From Eledone cirrhosa (lineage: Eukaryota), in contig OZ024744.1 of assembly GCA_964016885.1 (NCBI GenBank), positions 16,058,001-16,122,000 of the forward strand: DNA of 64,000 nucleotides, written 5' to 3'. Shown here piece by piece: positions 52,101 to 63,560 of the stretch. Position 1 is the first letter of the stretch. Each line of letters begins with the position of its first letter. The notes below the pieces were generated by a model, which was given only the letters and a program-made list of their open reading frames with translations, was not told the origin of the DNA and did no database searches. The translations under genes and the position numbers were made by a program.

Positions 52101-55100
52101 AGGAGAGTATGAAGGAAGTTGAAGGAGGAGAATATGAACGAAGTTGGAGAAGGAGAATATGAAGGAAGTTGAAGTAGGAGAATATGAAGGAAGTTGAAGA
52201 AGGAGAATCAGAAGGAAGTTGGAGAAGGAGAGTATGAAGGAAGTTGAAGGAGGAGAATATGAAGGAAGTTGGAGAAGGAGAGTATGAAGGAAGTTGGAGA
52301 AGTAGAATATGAAGAAAGTTCGAGAAGGAGAGTATGAAGGAAGTTGAAGGAGAAGAATATGTAGGAAGTTGAAGAAGGAGAATCTGAAGCAAGTTGCAGA
52401 AGGAGAGTATGAAGGAAGTTGGAGAAGGAGAGTATGAAGGAAGTTGGAGAAGGAGAATATAAACGAATTTGGAGAAGGAGAGTATGAAGGAAGTTGGAGA
52501 ATGAGAATCTGACGGAAGTTGGAGAAGGAGAGTATGAAGGAAGTTGAAGGAGGAGAATATGAAAGAATTTGGAGAACGAGAGTATGAAGGAAGTTGGAGA
52601 AGGAGAATATGAAGGAAGTTGGAGAAGGAGAGTATGAAGGAAATTGGAGAAAGAGAATATGAAGAAAGTTGAAGGAGGAGAGTATGAAGGAAGTTGGAGA
52701 AGGAGAATATGAAGGAAGTTGAAGAAGGAGAATCAGAAGGAAGTTGGAGAAGGAGAGTATGAAGGAGGTTGGAGGACGAGCGTATGAAGGAAGTTGGAGG
52801 AGGAGAGTATGAAGGAAGTTGGAGAAGGAGAATCTGAAGAAGTTGGAGAAGGAGAGTATGAAGCAAGTTGAAGGAGAAGAATATGAAGGAAGTTGAAGAA
52901 AGAGAATCTGAAGGAAGTTGGAGAAGGAGAATATGAAGGAAGTTGAAGGAGGAGAATATGAAGGAAGTTGGAGAAGGAGAATCAGAAGGAAGTTGGAGAA
53001 GCACAGATTGAAGGAAGTTGGAGAAGGAGAATATAAAGGAAATTGAAGGAGGAGAATGTGGACGAAGTTGGAGAAGGAGAATATGAAGGAAGTTGAAGGA
53101 GGAGAATATTAAGGAAGTTGAAGAAGGAGAATCAGAAGGAAGTTGGAGAAGGAGAATATGAAGGAAGTTGAAGGAGGAGAATATAAACGAATTTGGAGAA
53201 GGAGAGTATGAAGGAAGTTGGAGAATGAGAATCTGAAGGAAGTTGGAGAAGGAGAGTATGAAGGAAGTTGGAGAAGGAGAATATAAACGAATTTGGAGAA
53301 GGAGAGTACGAAGGAAGTTGAAGGAGAAGAATATGAAGGAAGTTGAAGAAGGAGAATCTGAAGGAAGTTGGAGAAGGAGAGTATGAAGGAAGTTGAAGGA
53401 GGAGAATATGAACGAAGTTGGAGAAGAAGAATATGAAGGAAGTTGAAGAAGGAGAATCTGAAGGAAGTTGGAGGAGAGTATGAAGGAAGTTGGAGAAGGA
53501 GAGTATGAAGGAAGTTGAAGGAGGAGAATATGAACGAAGTTAGAGAAGGAGAATATGAAGGAAGTTGAAGAAGGAGAATCAGAAGGAAGTTGGAGAAGGA
53601 GAGTATGAAGGAAGTTGGAGAAGGAGAATATGAAGGAAGTTGAAGGAGGAGAATATGAAGGAAGTTGGAGAAGGAGAGTATGAAGGAAGTTGGAGAAGGA
53701 GGATATGAAGGAAGTCGGAGAAGGAGAGTATGAAGGAAGTTGGAGAAGGAGAATATGAAGAAAGTTGAAGGAGGAGTGTATGAAGGAAGTTGAAGGAGAA
53801 GAATATGAAGGAAATTGAAGAAGGAGAATCTGAAGGAAGTTGGAGAAGGAGAATATAAAGGAAATTGAAGGATGAGAATGTGGACGAAGTTGGAGAAGGA
53901 GAATATGAAGGAAGTTGAAGGAGGAGAATATAAACGAATTTGGAGAAGGAGAGTATGAAGGAAGTCGGAGAATGAGAATCTGAAGGAAGTTGGAGAAGGA
54001 GAGTATGAAGGAAGTTTGAGAAGGAGAATCTGAAGGATGTTGGAGAAGGAGAGTACGAAGGAAGTTGAAGGAGAAGAATATGAAGAAAGTTGAAGAAGGA
54101 GAATCTGAAGGAAGTTGGAGAAGGAGAGTATGAAGGAAGTTGGAGAAGGAGAATATGAAGGAAATTGAAGGAGGAGAATATGAACGAAGTTGGAGAAGTA
54201 GAATATGAAGGAAGTTGAAGAAGGAGAATTTGAAGGAAGTTGGAGGAGAGTATGAAGGAAGTTGGAGAAGGAGAGTATGAAGGAAGTTGAAGGAGGAGAA
54301 TATGAACGAAGTTGGAGAAGGAGAATATGAAGGAAGTTGAAGGAGGAGAATATGAAGGAAGTTGGAGAAGGAGAGTATGAAGGAAGTTGGAGAAGGAGAA
54401 TATGAAGGAAGTTGGAGAAGGAGAGTATGAAGGAAGTTGGAGAAGGAGAATATGAAGAAAGTTGAAGGAGGAGAGTATGAAGGAAGTTGGAGAAGGAGAG
54501 TATGAAGGAGGTTGGAGGAGGAGCGTATGAAGGAAGTTGGAGGAGGAGAGTATGAAGGATGTTGGAGAAGGAGAGTATGAAGGAAGTTGGAGAAGGAGAA
54601 TCTGAAGGAAGTTGGAGAAGGAGAGTATGAAGGAAGTTGAAGGAGAAGAATATGAAGGAAGTTGAAGAAAGAGAATCTGAAGGAAGTTGGAGAAGCACAG
54701 AATGAAGGAAGTTGAAGAAGAATATGAAGGAAGTTGGAAAAGGAGAATCAGAAGGAAGTTGGAGAAGCACAGAATGAAGGAAGTTGAAGAAGGAGAATCT
54801 GAAAGAAGTTGGAGAAGGAGAGTATGAAGGAAGTTGAAGAAGGAGAATCTGAAGCAAGTTGGAGAAGGAGAGTATGAAGGAAGTTGGAGAAGGAGAGTAT
54901 GAAGGAAGTTGGAGAAGGAGAGTATGAAGGAAGTTGAAGGAGGAGAATATGAAGTAAGGTGAAGAAGGAGAATCTGAAGGAAGTTGGAGAAGGAGAGTAT
55001 GAAGGAAGTTGGAGAAGGAGAATATGAAGGAAATTGAAGGAGGAGAATATGAACGAAGTTGGAGAAGTAGAATATGAAGGAAGTTGAAGAAGGAGAATTT

Positions 55101-58100
55101 GAAGGAAGTTGGAGGAGAGTATGAAGGAAGTTGGAGAAGGAGAGTATGAAGGAAGTTGAAGGAGGAGAATATGAACGAAGTTGGAGAAGGAGAATATGAA
55201 GGAAGTTGAAGGAGGAGAATATGAAGGAAGTTGGAGAAGGAGAGTATGAAGGAAGTTGGAGAAGGAGAATATGAAGGAAGTTGGAGAAGGAGAGTATGAA
55301 GGAAGTTGGAGAAGGAGAATATGAAGAAAGTTGAAGGAGGAGAGTATGAAGGAAGTTGGAGAAGGAGAGTATGAAGGAGGTTGGAGGAGGAGCGTATGAA
55401 GGAAGTTGGAGGAGGAGAGTATGAAGGATGTTGGAGAAGGAGAGTATGAAGGAAGTTGGAGAAGGAGAATCTGAAGGAAGTTGGAGAAGGAGAGTATGAA
55501 GGAAGTTGAAGGAGAAGAATATGAAGGAAGTTGAAGAAAGAGAATCTGAAGGAAGTTGGAGAAGCACAGAATGAAGGAAGTTGAAGAAGAATATGAAGGA
55601 AGTTGGAAAAGGAGAATCAGAAGGAAGTTGGAGAAGCACAGAATGAAGGAAGTTGAAGAAGGAGAATCTGAAAGAAGTTGGAGAAGGAGAGTATGAAGGA
55701 AGTTGAAGAAGGAGATTCTGAAGGAAGTTGGAGAAGGAGAGTATGAAGGAAGTTGGAGAAGGAGAGTATGAAGGAAGTTGGAGAAGGAGAGTATGAAGGA
55801 AGTTGAAGGAGGAGAATATGAAGTAAGGTGAAGAAGGAGAATCTGAAGGAAGTTGGAGGAGAATATGAAGGAAGTTGGAGAAGGAGAATATGAAGGAAGT
55901 TGAAGGAGGAGAATATAAACGAATTTGGAGAAGGAGAGTATGAAGGAAGTTGGAGAATGAGAATCTGAAGGAAGTTGGAGAAGGAGAGTATGAAGGAAGT
56001 TTGAGAAGGAGAATCTGAAGGAAGTTGGAGAAGGAGAGTACGAAGGAAGTTGAAGGAGAAGAATATGAAGGAAGTTGAAGAAGGAGAATCTGAAGGAAGT
56101 TGGAGAAGGAGAGTATGAAGGAAGTTGGAAAGGAGAATATGAAGGAAATTGAAGGAGGAGAATGTGGACGAAGTTGGAGAAGGAGAATATGAAGGAAGTT
56201 GAAGGAGGAGAATATTAAGGAAGTTGAAGAAGGAGAATCAGAAGGAAGTTGGAGAAGGAGAGTATGAAGGAAGTTGAAGGAGGAGAATATGAACGAAGTT
56301 GGAGAAGGAGAATATGAACGAAGTTGAAGTAGGAGAATATGAAGGAAGTTGAAGAAGGAGAATCAGAAGGAAGTTGGAGAAGGAGAGTATGAAGGAAGTT
56401 GAAAAAGGAGAATCTGAAAGAAATTGGAGAAGGAGAGTATGAAGGAAGTTGGAGAAGGAGAATATGAAGAAAGTTGGAGAAGGAGAGTATGAAGGAAGTT
56501 GAAGGAGAATAATATGAAGGAAGTTGAAGAAGGAGAATCTGAAGGAAGTTGGAGAAGGAGAGTATGAAGGAAATTGGAGAAGGAGAGTATGAAGGAAGTT
56601 GGAGAAGGAGAGTATGAAGGAAGTTGAAGAAGGAGAATCTGAAGGAAGTTGGAGGAGAGTATGAAGGAAGTTGGAGAAGGAGAATATAAAGGAAGTTGAA
56701 GGAGGAGAATATAAACGAATTTGGAGAAGGAGAGTATGAAGGAAGTTGGAGAATGAGAATCTGAAGGAAGTTGGAGAAGGAGAGTAGGAAGGAAATTTGA
56801 GAAGGAGAATCAGAAGAAAGTTGGAGAAGGAGAGTACGAAGGAAGTTGAAGGAGAAGAATATGAAGGAAGTTGAAGAAGGAGAATCTGAAGGAAGTTGGA
56901 GATGGAGAGTATGAAGGAAGTTGGAGAAGGAGAATATGAAGGAAATAGAAGGAGGAGAATATGAACGAAGTTGGAGAAGGAGAATATGAAGGAAGTTGAA
57001 GAAGGAGAATCAGAAGGAAGTTGGAGAAGGAGAGTATGAAGGAAGTTGGAGAAGGAGAATATGAAGGAAGTTGAAGGAGGAGAATATGAAGGAAGTTGGA
57101 GAAGGAGAGTATGAAGGAAGTTGGAGAAGGAGAATATGAAGGAAGTTGGAGAAGGAGAGTATGAAGGAAGTTGGAGAAGGAGAATATGAAGGAAGTTCAA
57201 GAAGGAGAATCTGAAGGAAGTTGGGGAAGGAGAGTATGAAGGAAGTTGAAGGAGAAGAATATGAAGGAAGTTGAAGAAAGAAAATCTGAAGGAATTTGGA
57301 GAAGGAGAGTATGAAGGAAGTTGAAGAAGGAGAATCTGAAGGAAGTTGGAGAAGGAGAGTATGAAGGAAGTTGGTGGAGGAAAATATGAAGGAAGTTGAA
57401 GGAGGAGAATATGAAGGAAGTTGGAGAAGGAGAATATGAAGGAAGTTGAAGGAGGAGAATATGAAGGAAGTTGAACAAGGAGTATCAGAAGGAAGTTGGA
57501 GAAGCACAGAATGAAGGAAGTTGAAGAAGGAGAATCTGAAAGAAGTTGGAGAAGAAGAGTATGAAGGAAGTTGAAAAAGGAGAATCTGAAGGAAGTTGGA
57601 CAAGGAGAGCATGAAGGAAGTTGAAGGAGAAGAATATGAAGGAAGTTGAAGAAGGAGAATCTGAAGGAAGTTGGAGAAGGAGAGTCTGAAGGAAGTTGGA
57701 GAAGGAGAATATGAAGGAAGTTGGAGAAGGAGATTATGAAGGAAGTTGAAGGAGGAGAATATGAAGTAAGTTGAAGAAGGAGAATCTGAAGGAAGTTGGA
57801 GGAGAGTATGAAGGAAGTTGGAGAAAGAGAATATGAAGGAAGTTGAAGGAGGAGAATATAAACGAATTTGGAGAAGGAGAGTATAAAGGAAGTTGAAGGA
57901 GAAGAATATGAAGGAAGTTGAAGGAAAATCTGAAGGAAGTTGGAGAAGGAGAGTATGAAGGAAGTTGGAGAAGGAGAATATGAAGGAAATTGAAGGAGGA
58001 GAATATGAACGAAGTTGGAGAAGGAGAATATGAAGGAAGTTGAAGGAGGAGAATATGAAGGAAGTTGAAGAAGGAGTATCAGAAGGAAGTTGGAGAAGGA

Positions 58101-60149
58101 GAGTATGAAGGAAGTTGAAGAAGGAGAATCTGAAAAAAGTTGGAGAAGGAGAGTATGAAGGAAGTTGGAGAAGGAGAATATGAAGGAAGTTGGAGAAGGA
58201 TAGTATGAAGGAAGTTGAAGGAGAAGAATATGAAGGAAGTTGAAGAAGGAGAATCTGAAGGAAGTTGGAGAAGGAGAGTATGAAGGAAGTTGAAGAAGGA
58301 GTATCTGAAGGAAGTTGGAGAAGGAGAGTATGAAGGAAGTTGGAGAAGTAGCGTATGAAGGAAGTTGGAGAAGGAGAATATGAAGGAAGTTGGGGAAGAA
58401 GGTATGAAGGAAGTTGGAGAAGGAGAGTATGAAGAAAGTTGAATATGGAGAATATGAAGGAAGTTGGAGAAGGAGAGTATGAAGGAAGTGGAGAAGGAGA
58501 ATATGAAGGAAGTTGGGGAAGAAGGTATGAAGGAAGTTGGAGAAGGAGAGTATGAAGGAAGTTGGGGAAGAAGGTATGAAGGAAGTTGGAGAAGGAGAGT
58601 ATGAAGGAAGTTGGAGAAGGAGAGTATGAAGGAAGTTGGAGAAGGAGAGTATGAAGGAAGTTGAAGAAGGAGAATATGAAGGAAGTTGGAGAAGAAGAGT
58701 ATGAAGGAAGTTGAAGGAGGAGAATATGAAGGAAGTTGAAGGAGGAGAATATGAACGAATTTGGAGAAGAAGAGTATGAAGGAAGTTGGAGAATGAGAAT
58801 CTGAAGGAAGTTGGAGAAGGAGAGTATGAAGGAAGTTGGAGAAGGAGAATCTGAAGGAAGTTGGAGAAGGAGAGTATGAAGGAAGTTGGGGGAGGAGAAT
58901 ATGAAGGAAGTTGAAGGAGGAGAATTTGAACGAAGTTGAAGAAGGAGAATATGAAGGAAGTTGAAGGGGGAGAATATGAAGGAAGTTGAAGAAGGAGAAT
59001 CAGAAGGAAGTTGGAGAAGGAGAGAATGAAGGAAGTTGAAGAAGGAGAATCTGACAGAAGTTGGAGAAGGAGAGTATGAAGGAAGTTGAAGGAGAAGTAT
59101 ATGAAGGAAGTTGAAGAAGTAGAATCTGAAGGAAGTTGGAGAAAGAGAGTATGAAGGAAGTTGAAGAAGGAGAATCTGAAGGAAGTTGGAAAAGGAGAGT
59201 ATGAAGGAAGTTGGAGAGGGAGAATATGAAGGAAGTTGGAGAAGGAGAGTATGAAGGAAGTTGAAGGAGAAGTATATGAAGGAAGTTGAAGAAGTAGAAT
59301 CTGAAGGAAGTTGGAGAAAGAGAGTATGAAGGAAGTTGAAGAAGGAGAATCTGAAGGAAGTTGGAAAAGGAGAGTATGAAGGAAGTTGGAGAAGGAGAAT
59401 ATGAAGGAAGTTGGAGAAGGAGAGTATGAAGGAAGTTGGAGAAGGAGCGTATGAAGGAAGTTGGAGAAGGGGAGTATGAAGGAAGTTGAAGGAAGAAAAT
59501 ATGAAGGGAGTTGGAGGAGGAGAATATGAAGGAATTTGGAGAAGGAAAATATGAAGGATGTTAGAGAAGGATAATATGAAAGAAGTTGGAGAAGGAGAGT
59601 ATGAAGAAAGTTGAATAAGGAGAATATGAAGGAAGTTGGAGAAGGAGAGTATGAAGGAAGTTGGAGAAGGAGAATATGAAGGAAGTTGGGGAAGAAGGTA
59701 TGAAGGAAGTTGGAGAAGGGGAGTATGAAGGAAGTTGGAGAAGGAGAGTATGAAGGAAGTTGGAGAAGGAGAGTATGAAGGAAGTTGAAGAAGGAGAATA
59801 AGAAGGAATTTGGAGAAGGAGAGTATGAAGGAAGTTGAAAGAGGAGAATATGAAGGAAGTTGAAGAAGGAGAATCTGAAAGAAGTTGGAGAAGGAGAGTA
59901 TGAAGGAAGTTGGAGAAGGAGAATATGAAGGAAGTTGGAGAAGGATAGTATGAAGGAAGTTGAAGGAGAAGAATATGAAGGAAGTTGGAGAAGGAGAATA
60001 TGAAGGAAGTTGGGGAAGAAGGTATGAAGGAAGTTGGAGAAGGAGAGTATGAAGAAAGTTGAATAAGGAGAATATGAAGGAAGTTGGAGAAGGAGAGTAT
60101 GAAGGAAGTTGGAGAAGGAGAATATGAAGGAAGTTGGGGAAGAAGGTAT

Positions 60150-63100
60150 GAAGGAAGTTGGAGAAGGAGAGTATGAAGGAAGTTGGGGAAGAAGGTATGA
60201 AGGAAGTTGGAGAAGGAGAGTATGAAGGAAGTTGGAGAAGGAGAGTATGAAGGAAGTTGGAGAAGGAGAGTATGAAGGAAGTTGAAGAAGGAGAATATGA
60301 AGGAAGTTGGAGAAGAAGAGTATGAAGGAAGTTGAAGGAGGAGAACATGAAGGAAGTTGAAGAAGGAGAATCTGAAGGAAGTTGGAGAAGGAGAGTATGA
60401 AGGAAGTTGAAGGAGGAGAATATGAAGGAAGTTGAAGGAGGAGAATATGAACGAATTTGGAGAAGGAGAGTATGAAGGAAGTTGGAGAATGAGAATCTGA
60501 AGGAAGTTGGAGAAGGAGAGTATGAAGGAAGTTGGGGGAGGAGAATATGAAGGAAGTTGAAGGAGGAGAATATGAACGAAGTTGAAGAAGGAGAATATGA
60601 AGGAAGTTGGAGAAGGAGAGTATGAAGGAAGTTGGGGGAGGAGAATATGAAGGAAGTTGAAGGAGGAGAATATGAACGAAGTTGAAGAAGGAGAATATGA
60701 AGGAAGTTGAAGGGGGAGAATATGAAGGAAGTTGAAGAAGGAGAATCAGAAGGAAGTTGGAGAAGGAGAGAATGAAGGAAGTTGAAGAAGGAGAATCTGA
60801 AAGAAGTTGGAGAAGGAGAGTAGTTAGGAAGTTGGAGAAGGAGAATCTGAAGGAAGTTGGAGAAGGAGAGTATGAAGGAAGTTGAAGGAGAAGTATATGA
60901 AGGAAGTTGAAGAAGTAGAATCTGAAGGAAGTTGGAGAAAGAGAGTATGAAGGAAGTTGAAGAAGGAGAATCTGAAGGAAGTTGAAAAAGGAGAGTATGA
61001 AGGAAGTTGGAGAAGGAGAATATGAAGTAAGTTGGAGAAGGAGAGTATGAAGGAAGTTGAAGGAGAAGAATATGAAGGAAGTTGAAGGAGAATCTGAAGG
61101 AAGTTGGAGAAGGAGAGTATGAAGGAAGTTGAAGAAGGAGAATCTGAAGGAAGTTGGAGATGGAGAGCATGAAGGAAGTTAGAGAAGGAGAATATGAAGG
61201 AAATTGAAGGAAGAGTATATGAACGAAGTTGGAGAAGGAGAATATGAAGGAAGTTGAAGGAGGAGAATATGAAGGAAGTTGAAGAAGGAGAATCAGAAGG
61301 AAGTTGGAGAAGGAGAGTATGAAGGAAGTTGAAGAAGGAGAATCTGAAAGAAGTTGGAGAAGGAGAGTATGAAGGAAGTTGGAGATGGAGAATCTGAAGG
61401 AAGTTGGAGAAAGAGAGTATGAAGGAATTTGAAGGAGAAGAATATGAAGGAAGTTGAAGAAGGAGAATCTGAAGGAAGTTGGAGAAGGAGAGCATGAATG
61501 AAGTTGAAGAAGGAGAATCTGAAGGAAGTTGGAGGAGAGTATGAAGGAAGTTGGAGAAAGAGAGTATGAAGGAAGTTGAAGGAGGAGTATATGAACGAAG
61601 TTGGAGATGGAGAATATGAAGAAAGTTGAAGTAGGAGAATATGAAGTAAGTTGAAGAAGGAGAATCAGAAGGAAGTTGGAGGAGGAGAATATGAAGGAAG
61701 TTGAAGGAGGAGAATATGAACGAATTTGGAGAAGGAGAGTATGAAGGAAGATGGAGAAGGAGAATCTGAAGGAAGTTGGATAAGGAGAGTATGAAGGAAG
61801 TTGAAGGAGAAGAATATGAAGGAAGTTGAAGAAAGAGAATCTGAATGAAGTTGGAGAAGGAGAGTATGAAGGACGTTGAAGAAGGAGAATCTGAAGGAAG
61901 TTGGAGAAGGAGAGTATGAAGGAAGTTGGAGAAGGAGAGTATGAAGGAAGTTGGAGAAGGAGAGTATGAAGGAAGTTTGAGAAAGAGAATATGAAGGAAG
62001 TTGGAGGAGGAGAGTATGAAGGAAGTTGGAGAAGGAGAATCTGACGGATGTTGGAGAAGGAGAGTAGGAAAGAAGTTGGAGAAGGATAATATGAAGGAAG
62101 TTGGTTAAGGAGAATATGAAGGAAGTTGAAGGAGGAGAATATTAAAGAAGTTGGAAAAGGAGAGTATGAAGGAAGTTGGAGAAAGAGAATCTAAAGGAAG
62201 TTGGAGAAGGAGAGTATGAAGGAAGTTGGAGAAGGAGACTATGAAGGAAGTTGGAGAAGGAAAGTATGAAGGAAGTTGGAGAAGGAGAGTATGAAGGAAG
62301 TTGGAGAAGGAGATTATGAAGGGAGTTGGAGAAGGCGAGTATGAAGGAAGTTGGAGAAGGAGCGTATGATGGAAGTTGGAGAAGGAGATTATGAAGGAAG
62401 TTGAATAAGGAGAATATGAAGGATGTTGGAGAAGGAGAGTATGAAGGAAGTTGGAGAAGGAGAGTATGAAGGGGGCTGGAGGAGGAGAATATGAAGGAAG
62501 TTGGAGAAGGAGAGTATGAAGGAAGTTGGGGAAGAAGGTATAAAGGAAGTTGGAGAAGGAGAGTCTGAAGGAAGGTGGAGATGGAGAGTATGAAGGAAGT
62601 TGAAGAAGGAGAGTATGAAGGAAGTTGGAGAAGTAGAGTATGAAGGAAGTTGGAGATGGAGAGTATGAAGGAAGTTGAATAAGGAGAATATCAAGGAAGT
62701 TGAAGAAGGAGAATATGAAGGAAGTTGGAGAAGGAGAGTATGAAGGAAGTTGAAGGAAGAAAATATGAAGGAAGTTGGAGAAGGAGAGTATGAAGGAAGT
62801 TGGAGAAGGATACTATGAAGGAAGTTGGAGAAGGAAAGTATGAAGGAAGTTGGAGAAGGAGAGTATGAAGGAAGTTGGAGAAGGAGATTATGAAGGAAGT
62901 TGAAGAAGGAGAATATGAAGGAAGTTGCAGAAGGATAATATGAAGGAAGTTGGAGAAGGAGAGTATGAAGGAAGTTGGAGAAGGCGAGTATGAAGGAAAT
63001 TGGAGAAGAAGAGTATGAAGGAGGTTGGAGGAGGAGAGTATGAAGGAAGTTGGAGAAGGAGAATATGAAGGAAATTGGAGAAGGAGCGTATGAAGGAAGT

Positions 63101-63560
63101 TGGAGAAAAAGAATATGAAGGAAGTTGTGGAAGAAGGTATGAAGGAAGTTGGAGAAGGAGAGTATGAAGAAAGTTGGAGAAGGAGAATATGAAGGAAGTT
63201 GAAGAAAGATAATATGAAGGAAGTTGGAGGAGGAGAATATGAAGGAAGTTGGAGAAGGAGAATATGAAGGAAGTTGGAGAAGGAAAATATGAAGGATGTT
63301 GGAGAAGGATAATATGAAAGAAGTTGGAGAAGGAGAGTATGAATGAAGTTGTAGAAGGAGCGTATGAAGGAAGTTGGAGAAGGAGATTATGAAGGAAGTT
63401 GGAGAAGGAGAGTATGAAGGAAGTTGCAGAAGGAGCGTATGAAGGAAGTTGGAGAAGGAGAGTATGAAGGAAGTTGAAGGAAGAAAATATGAAGGAAGTT
63501 GGAGGAGGAGAATATGAAGGAATTTGGAGAAGGAAAATATGAAGGATGTTGGAGAAGGAT
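60150..63560. repeat. Third, more diverged and rearranged copy of the ~32.8-36.2 kb monomer series
   Basis: GAGAACATGA at 32991/60341 (offset 27350); GGAGATGGAGAGCATG at 33881/61156 (offset 27275); GCATGAATG at 34217/47531/61492. The GACTAT, GGCGAG and GCGTATGATGG series is shared. Confidence 0.85.

Larger units (their letters stand above)
34026..59689. repeat. 13,314-bp-period higher-order duplication (~34026-46375 and ~47340-59689)
   Basis: The offset is a constant 13314 for the ORF-track pairs 37134/50448, 38674/51988, 39795/53109, 40265/53579, 42924/56238 and 43883/57197, and for the markers AATTTGGAGATGG 34101/47415 and GCATGAATG 34217/47531. The match is lost at ~46376/59690. Confidence 0.96.

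Noticed and set aside
57010-61170. 1386-aa minus-strand ORF (L/S/F/P-rich repeat protein)
   Set aside because: The minus-strand monomer ATACTCTCCTTCTCCAACTTCCTTC has no stop in any frame, so long ORFs are expected. Stops come only from sporadic + strand TCA/TTA/CTA variants. There is no unique N- or C-terminal domain, and 1-bp-deleted monomers inside it merely shift the same peptide cycle.
201-62694. All other minus-strand ORFs in the supplied track
   Set aside because: They overlap in different frames while encoding the same 25-aa cycle, start at chance ATG/GTG/TTG variants and are duplicated with the DNA blocks. This is the signature of a translated satellite, not of genes.
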